This document shows, piece after piece, positions 58,807-64,000 of a DNA stretch of 64,000 nucleotides. This stretch comes from Bryobacter sp. (GTDB lineage: Bacteria; Acidobacteriota; Terriglobia; Bryobacterales; Bryobacteraceae): positions 17,435 through 81,434 of the forward strand of contig JALHNH010000018.1 in NCBI GenBank assembly GCA_022843625.1. Reading direction: 5' to 3'. The position numbers and the translations under genes were made by a program. The stretch's first letter is position 1. Every line of letters begins with the position of its first letter. Below the pieces are notes generated by a model, which worked only from the letters and a program-made list of their open reading frames with translations, had not been told where the DNA came from and did no database searches.

Positions 58807-59547
58807 GGCCCGCCAGGTGCTGTGGATGAGGGCGACAAGAGTGTCTTGTTTCAAGACTTCCTGTCGCAGGGTGAGGCCATCGAATTCAGTGCGGAGGGTG
58901 ACGGTATCGCCGATGCTAACCTCGGCGCGGTAGTGGGCTTCGGCCCAGGCCAGTTCGTGGGTTTCGAGGAAAGAGAGCGGCAGAGCGTCAACAGCCCAGC
59001 GGATCATGGTGACGTTGTTGACGTGTTCGTTCTGATCGGCATCGCTCCAGTAGGCCTGGTAGTTTTGTTCGAGGGTTGGGGCCTGGGTTCTGGTGAGGGG
59101 TGCTTCTTCAAGTGGCGGGATGGTGTAGCCGGGATCGTGGCAGAGGGCGATGATGGATTCCGGAATGCGAACGGGCTTGCGGCTGGCCAAATCGACGATC
59201 ACCCAGAGGCTGCTGGCTGAGGCGCAGATGAGGCCGGCGGCGTCTTTGATTACGAAGTCGCGATAGGCCCGGGCGCCTTTGATCTTTGTGCTGGGCCAGG
59301 TTTCGATGTTAAGATTCTCGCCGAGGAGGACGTGGCGATGGATGTCGAGTCGCATCTTGGACAGCATCCAGGTTTGGCCTGAGCGACGGAGTTCTTCTGT
59401 GGCGGCTGAGAGGAGTGTGGCGTGTGAGCCGGCGGCGTTTTGCAGGAGACGCCAGTAGGCAGGCGGGGACATTCGCAGTTTGACGTCTGCTTCAAAGAAA
59501 CCAACTTGCACAGGTTGACGAAATACCCGAAGATCCATGGCTGTCAT
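58780..59547 (-). CDS. Acyl-ACP thioesterase (double hotdog)
   Basis: IETWP, SLWVIVD and DADQNEHVNN. Confidence 0.88.
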   Translation of the reverse strand: MTAMDLRVFRQPVQVGFFEADVKLRMSPPAYWRLLQNAAGSHATLLSAATEELRRSGQTWMLSKMRLDIHRHVLLGENLNIETWPSTKIKGARAYRDFVIKDAAGLICASASSLWVIVDLASRKPVRIPESIIALCHDPGYTIPPLEEAPLTRTQAPTLEQNYQAYWSDADQNEHVNNVTMIRWAVDALPLSFLETHELAWAEAHYRAEVSIGDTVTLRTEFDGLTLRQEVLKQDTLVALIHSTWRASDPPLVAP

Positions 59548-59562
59548 GCCAAAATAACACTC

Positions 59563-60702
59563 ATGCGTCTTGCCGTACTGATTCTTGCGTCGCTGCCCTT
59601 GCTTGGGCAGACGGAAATTCCTAAAACAGAAGAAGCACTTCGTGTTTTATTTCTGGGCAACTCTTATACGTATTACAATTCTTTGCCCGATATGGTGGCG
59701 GCGATTTCGAATTCTACGCCGGGGCGACGAATTGAAACCAAAAGCGTTACGCGGGGCGGGGCGACGTTGCAGGACTTGTGGCACCTAACCAATGCGCTGG
59801 AAAACTTGCGGGCCGGGACCTGGGATTATGTGGTGTTGCAGGACCAATCGACGCTGGGCGAGAACTATGTGGATGGCAAGTGGGGCGTGAATGAGCCGAA
59901 CGGATTGTTGCGGTGGGTGCGGATCTGGAATGCAGAAATTCAGCGCAAGAATGCGAAGCCGATGCTGTACCTGACATGGGGACGAAAGGCGTATCCAGAG
60001 TTTCAGACGGGCCTCAATTATGCGTACGCCGAGGCGGCGCGTGAGATTGGGGCGACAATTTCGCCGGTGGGGTTGGCCTGGAAACAGATTCGGGAAACAC
60101 AGCCGCAGATTGAATTGTTTGATGCGGATGGGACACACCCTTCTCCTCTGGGTACGTACCTGAACGCGTGTGTGTTTGTAGAAGTATTGATGGGTAAGAC
60201 TTGTGAAGGTGCGACACGTAACTCGACGACACTGCGCGTGCCGGAAGACACACAGCGGTTGCTGACCGAGGCGGCACATTTTGCGGTGGAACAATACAAG
60301 GCGGGTATTTTAACGAGCTTGCCCAAGCCCGATTACGGGACGCTGAAGCCCTTGCCGCCATCGACTGTGAGCAAGGCTGAGGACTTCAACGGGACCTGGA
60401 GGGGCAGGGCTACTATGTACAACGCGACGCAGGATGTGGAGTTGAAGATTGAGGGGAATGGGCGTAGTTGCCGAGGGAGCATCACGCTGAGTTCCAGTCA
60501 AAGACAGACAAGCATGAGTTATCCGCTGAGCAACTGTACGATTGACATGACAACGCTGATTTTTCTGACCAGCGACCCGAGGTTTCTGGTAGAGGAATAC
60601 AAGGCAGTGATTGATGGGGACAAGCTGGTGGGGACGCAGATGCTGCGGAATACCGATCCCTATGTACGGCTTCAGGGATCGTTTGAGTTAAGGAAAGACT
60701 GA
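59563..60702 (+). CDS. Secreted SGNH/GDSL-like hydrolase with C-terminal beta domain
   Basis: FLGNSYT, WDYVVLQDQS and DGTHPS. Confidence 0.82.
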   Translation: MRLAVLILASLPLLGQTEIPKTEEALRVLFLGNSYTYYNSLPDMVAAISNSTPGRRIETKSVTRGGATLQDLWHLTNALENLRAGTWDYVVLQDQSTLGENYVDGKWGVNEPNGLLRWVRIWNAEIQRKNAKPMLYLTWGRKAYPEFQTGLNYAYAEAAREIGATISPVGLAWKQIRETQPQIELFDADGTHPSPLGTYLNACVFVEVLMGKTCEGATRNSTTLRVPEDTQRLLTEAAHFAVEQYKAGILTSLPKPDYGTLKPLPPSTVSKAEDFNGTWRGRATMYNATQDVELKIEGNGRSCRGSITLSSSQRQTSMSYPLSNCTIDMTTLIFLTSDPRFLVEEYKAVIDGDKLVGTQMLRNTDPYVRLQGSFELRKD

Positions 60703-61013
60703 TGCCGGAAACGTTTCTAAGCGCAGCGGAAAAGCTGGTGGAAGAGGGCCTTGTGGGGGATGCGATTTTTCTCCTTGAGGAAGCAGTTGAGAATGGCAAG
60801 GAAACGGCCGAGATCGCGAAGATGCTGGCGAAGCTGAGTTTGCAGATCGATGAAGTGCGGGCTTTTCAGAGCTGGTGCCATGAGGCCTTGAGGATGAACC
60901 CGAAGGATCTGGAAATTTACCAGATGCTCGAAGATTACTTCCGGATCCATGGCCGGGATTTTGAGGCCGATGAAGTGCGTGCAGTGGCCGATTCTATGCA
61001 TCTACGCGGCTGA
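60702..61013 (+). CDS. Small TPR-like helical protein
   Basis: TGATG-coupled to the previous gene. EALRMNP turn motif. Confidence 0.65.
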   Translation: MPETFLSAAEKLVEEGLVGDAIFLLEEAVENGKETAEIAKMLAKLSLQIDEVRAFQSWCHEALRMNPKDLEIYQMLEDYFRIHGRDFEADEVRAVADSMHLRG

Positions 61014-61575
61014 TCTTAAGGATCTTGACCGGGGGTGTGAGCTTTTGAGCTGTTGCTGGCGACTGCTGGATCTTGCGAATACAATCGAGGCCCTTGAGTA
61101 CCAGGCCGAAGGCAGCAAAGCCCTGTTCGTCGGGATTGCGCTTGCCCCCGAAGTCGAGTTCGGGTTGATCGCCGATGCAGAAGAAGAAGTCGGCAGTGGC
61201 GGTGTCGGGGCCGGAGCGAGCCATGGAGATCACGCCGTCTACATGTTTGAGGCCAGTGAGGTTGGTACGTTCGAGGGCAACCGGAGGATAGCCTGGCTTC
61301 TTTTCGGGGTTGGGGCCGCCCTGGATTACTTCGATTTTGACGGGACTTTGGGGCTGATTGTCTGGCTTTACGGTGCGGTGGAAGAGGCCGCCGTCGTAGA
61401 AGCCTTCGTCGACGTAGCGGAGGAAGTTTTCGACTGTTTTGGGAGCTCGGTCTCCGCTTAAAGCTACCAGAATGTCGCCCAATTCTGACTCGATTTTGAC
61501 GAGAACACGGAGATTTTTCTCCTGGGCCAGCAGCGGCAGTGCTGTGACCATGCCAAGCAGTTCGCGACGTCTCAT
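60994..61575 (-). CDS. Cyclophilin-type peptidyl-prolyl isomerase
   Basis: APKTVENF, FHR, IQGG, SMAR and AAFGLV. Confidence 0.92.
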   Translation of the reverse strand: MRRRELLGMVTALPLLAQEKNLRVLVKIESELGDILVALSGDRAPKTVENFLRYVDEGFYDGGLFHRTVKPDNQPQSPVKIEVIQGGPNPEKKPGYPPVALERTNLTGLKHVDGVISMARSGPDTATADFFFCIGDQPELDFGGKRNPDEQGFAAFGLVLKGLDCIRKIQQSPATAQKLTPPVKILKISRVDA

Positions 61576-62486
61576 AAGTTAGTTTCCTCTGTCAGTTGAT
61601 AGCCTTGCCGGTCGACTTTGGAATCGAGAACTTCAGCAGAGTGACCTTGAGCTTCAAAGATTTGTTGGACGTGACGGACGACCTGCTCCTGGCCTTTTTC
61701 GAAGAAGACGAGAATGCTGGGGCCGGCACCGCTGAGGCAGCAGCCGAGTAGGCCAGGGGCGCGCAGTTTGAGGATTTCTTCGAGGCCTGGGACCAGTTTT
61801 TGCCGGTAGGGCTGGTGGAGGCGGTCTTCGAGTGCGGCCGGGAAAGCCGAGATGGTGCCGGTGGCCAGGGCGGCGATGAGAAGGGCTGAGCGCTGTACGT
61901 TGAAGACAGCATCGGCTTTTGAATAGGCATCAGGAAGAACGGCGCGTGCTTCGTGAGTGGGGAGAGGAAAGTCTGGTACAACGACGGCGACTTCGAAGCT
62001 GGGGGGGAGTTCAAGTCGCACGGCGCGGGTCATGCCGCTGGAATCGATGGCGCTGGCGACGATGGAGCCAAGAACACAGGCAGCGACATTGTCGGGATGG
62101 CCTTCGATGCGAGCGGCTTCGTCGAGGATACGGTAGTTCTTCCAGCCAAGGCCGAGCATGACGTCGGCGAGGATGACACCGGCGGTGAGGGCGGCGGCGC
62201 TGGAGCCGAGGCCTTTGCCGAGGGGGATGTCGTTGTGGACCTCAAGCTCGACGGGTGGCATGGTCTCTCCGGTGTGCTCGGCGACGGTGAGAGCAGTCTG
62301 CCAGATGAGATTGTCTTCGGCGGTGGAGATCAACTCTGCATCCCGGCCCGAGGCGCGAATGATGAGTTGGGGTGAGAGGCGAAAACGGCAATCGAGATAG
62401 GGGGAAAGGGCGAGGCCGAGGGCGTCGAAGCCGGGCCCGAGATTGGCACTTGAGGCTGGCACCCGAAGGCGCCACCAATTAGCCAC
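61572..62486 (-). CDS. thrB: Homoserine kinase
   Basis: PASSANLGPGFD, PLGKGLGSSAA, EGHPDN and SGAGPS. GTG start at 62486. Confidence 0.95.
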   Translation of the reverse strand: MANWWRLRVPASSANLGPGFDALGLALSPYLDCRFRLSPQLIIRASGRDAELISTAEDNLIWQTALTVAEHTGETMPPVELEVHNDIPLGKGLGSSAAALTAGVILADVMLGLGWKNYRILDEAARIEGHPDNVAACVLGSIVASAIDSSGMTRAVRLELPPSFEVAVVVPDFPLPTHEARAVLPDAYSKADAVFNVQRSALLIAALATGTISAFPAALEDRLHQPYRQKLVPGLEEILKLRAPGLLGCCLSGAGPSILVFFEKGQEQVVRHVQQIFEAQGHSAEVLDSKVDRQGYQLTEETNL

Positions 62487-63504
62487 GCCGGCTTCCGATC
62501 TGGACGAGGCGGTTTTCGCGGGCGCTGGTGTAGATGGACTGGACGAGTTCGAGGGCGCGGAGGCCTTCTTCGCCGCTGATGAGGGGGCTTCTGCCGGTTT
62601 TGATGGCTTCGCCGAAGTCGAGGAAGGCGCGTTCGAAGGGGACGAGTGAGATGGCCATGGGGTCGCTGGCACCGCTGGAGACGTCGGCTGCTACGGGGGC
62701 TGGGTCCCCCGCATCATCGACTACATCCCAACGGGTGAGGCGGTCTCCGGTAAGGATGGCGGAGCCTTTGGTACCGTGCAATTCGATGCGTTCGGTGAGG
62801 CCGGGCCACATGGCGGTGGAGGTCTGGATGACGCCAGTGGCCTCGTTTTCGAAACGCAAGAGGGCGCTGAGGACGTCGTCGCTTTCGATCTTGTGACGAA
62901 CGCCGAGATGCCACTGGCCGAAGACCTGTTTGACGTCGCCCATCAGGTAGAGGAGCCAGTCGACCTGGTGGATGCCCTGATTGATGAGCGAACCGCCGCC
63001 TTCGACGGCCCAACTGCCTTTGATCGGGCGTGAGTAATATTCTTCACTTCGCCACCACTTGACGTACGCGTCAGCCTGGAAGATCTTGCCGAGGCGGCCG
63101 GCGTCGATGGCTTTTTTGAGGAACTGGATGGAATCGTTGAAGCGCCCCTGGCTGACGACGCTCAACTTGACGCCTTTGGCTTTGGTGTAGGCAATCATTT
63201 CTTCGGCTGTGGCGACGTCGATCGCGATTGGCTTCTGAACCTGAACATGTTTGCCTGCATCAGCGGCAACTTTGAGCGGTTCGAGGCGTACGTCGGGGAA
63301 GGTGCAGAGGTCGACAAAATCGACTTCCGGGTGTCTGCAGACGTCTGCCCAATCTGCGAAAAACTCGCTACCCCATTGATTGGCAAAGGCTTGCCCTCTC
63401 TCTGCGGTTTTATTGCTGACGGCTACAATCTGGTAGCCGATATTCTTGTATGCTTGCGCGTGCTTATTTGCAATCGCACCTGTGCCAATCAGTCCAACTT
63501 TCAT
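62479..63504 (-). CDS. Gfo/Idh/MocA oxidoreductase
   Basis: IGTGAIA, GKHVQVQKP and GGGSLINQGIH. Confidence 0.9.
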   Translation of the reverse strand: MKVGLIGTGAIANKHAQAYKNIGYQIVAVSNKTAERGQAFANQWGSEFFADWADVCRHPEVDFVDLCTFPDVRLEPLKVAADAGKHVQVQKPIAIDVATAEEMIAYTKAKGVKLSVVSQGRFNDSIQFLKKAIDAGRLGKIFQADAYVKWWRSEEYYSRPIKGSWAVEGGGSLINQGIHQVDWLLYLMGDVKQVFGQWHLGVRHKIESDDVLSALLRFENEATGVIQTSTAMWPGLTERIELHGTKGSAILTGDRLTRWDVVDDAGDPAPVAADVSSGASDPMAISLVPFERAFLDFGEAIKTGRSPLISGEEGLRALELVQSIYTSARENRLVQIGSRRG

Positions 63505-63512
63505 CTCTGTCT

Positions 63513-63521
63513 TGCTATACT
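63513..63521 (+). promoter_or_regulatory. Extended -10 promoter of tRNA-Lys
   Basis: TGcTATACT, 14 nt upstream of the tRNA. Confidence 0.6.
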
Positions 63522-63535
63522 ACTATTTGTCCAAT

Positions 63536-63611
63536 GAGTCGGTAGCTCAGTTGGTAGAGCATCGCACTTTTAATGCGGTGGTCGCGGGTTCGAACCCCGC
63601 CCGACTCACCA
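63536..63611 (+). tRNA. tRNA-Lys (anticodon UUU)
   Basis: 76 nt. Acceptor GAGTCGG/CCGACTC, D-arm GCTC..GAGC, anticodon loop CT-TTT-AA, GGTTCGAACCC T-arm and encoded CCA. Confidence 0.96.
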
Positions 63612-63660
63612 TTCTGTTTTTCACGAAGCTGTAAAAATCTCAGTGTTAGCCTAGCTATTC

Positions 63661-64000
63661 ATGAAGAGATTTTTTCCTTTGCTTCTACTTTTCATATCTT
63701 CCCTAACGGCAAACGTTGGCGGCAGGGTAGTAGATTCTTCAGGGCAACCGATTCTTGGGGCAACGGTTGAAATCCGGTCTGCTGGCGGGGTGCTCGTTTT
63801 CACTACAAAAAGCAATGCAGAGGGGCGATTTGAATGGGTGCAGGGGCGATCGGCCAATTATCAACTCCGGGTGTTTAGCGACGGATTTAACTCGAGCGAA
63901 CGAATCGTATCAAATGGGGATTTCGAGATTCGGCTTGAGCCTTCTTCTGCTTATACGCGACTGACCATCACGGCAACACGCGGGAATGCCGAGCAAGTGA
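63661..64000 (+). CDS. TonB-dependent receptor, N-terminal fragment (runs off window)
   Basis: Open frame not in the ORF track: MKRFFPLLLL signal, GRVVDSSGQPILGATV CarboxypepD-like domain and TITATR TonB-box-like segment. Confidence 0.8.
   Translation, partial: MKRFFPLLLLFISSLTANVGGRVVDSSGQPILGATVEIRSAGGVLVFTTKSNAEGRFEWVQGRSANYQLRVFSDGFNSSERIVSNGDFEIRLEPSSAYTRLTITATRGNAEQV

Noticed and set aside
62487-62672. Ser/Pro-rich N-terminal extension of ThrB
   Set aside because: Alternative-frame read of the upstream gene; the ThrB motif begins right after GTG 62486.
63536-64000. tRNA-Lys as an island attachment site
   Set aside because: No integrase and no duplicated tRNA 3' end within the window.

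Overview
A gene-dense, high-GC chromosomal segment that looks acidobacterial (Bryobacteraceae/Solibacter-like). This is inferred from the Zn-ribbon insert in RpoB, a TIGR03437-type C-terminal domain protein, CarboxypepD-type TonB receptors and many RR-leader enzymes. It holds about 57 CDS and one tRNA-Lys(UUU). Core genes: rpoB-rpoC, aroC-def-fmt-argJ, cmk-lysC, rlmB-ggt-...-asnS-rocF-ddl-ctp, queC-queE, thrB and hpnH. Accessory genes include sulfatases, a LytS/LytTR pair, a polytopic Ser/Thr kinase, a membrane patatin, a PEP-CTERM protein, and a small toxin-antitoxin patch upstream of rpoB. I saw no CRISPR array, rRNA, integrase or transposase. The best candidate for an undescribed system is the three-gene unit at 17.8-20.9 kb (Zn-finger/disordered scaffold + TPR + MglB-like roadblock, no GTPase). 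Also notable: a strand-composition flip near 22-27 kb, an HpnH fused to an Sm-like domain facing a TetR, many apparently leaderless genes, and an rpoC terminator that may double as a signal-peptide coding region. All calls are by eye from motifs; no database search was run.
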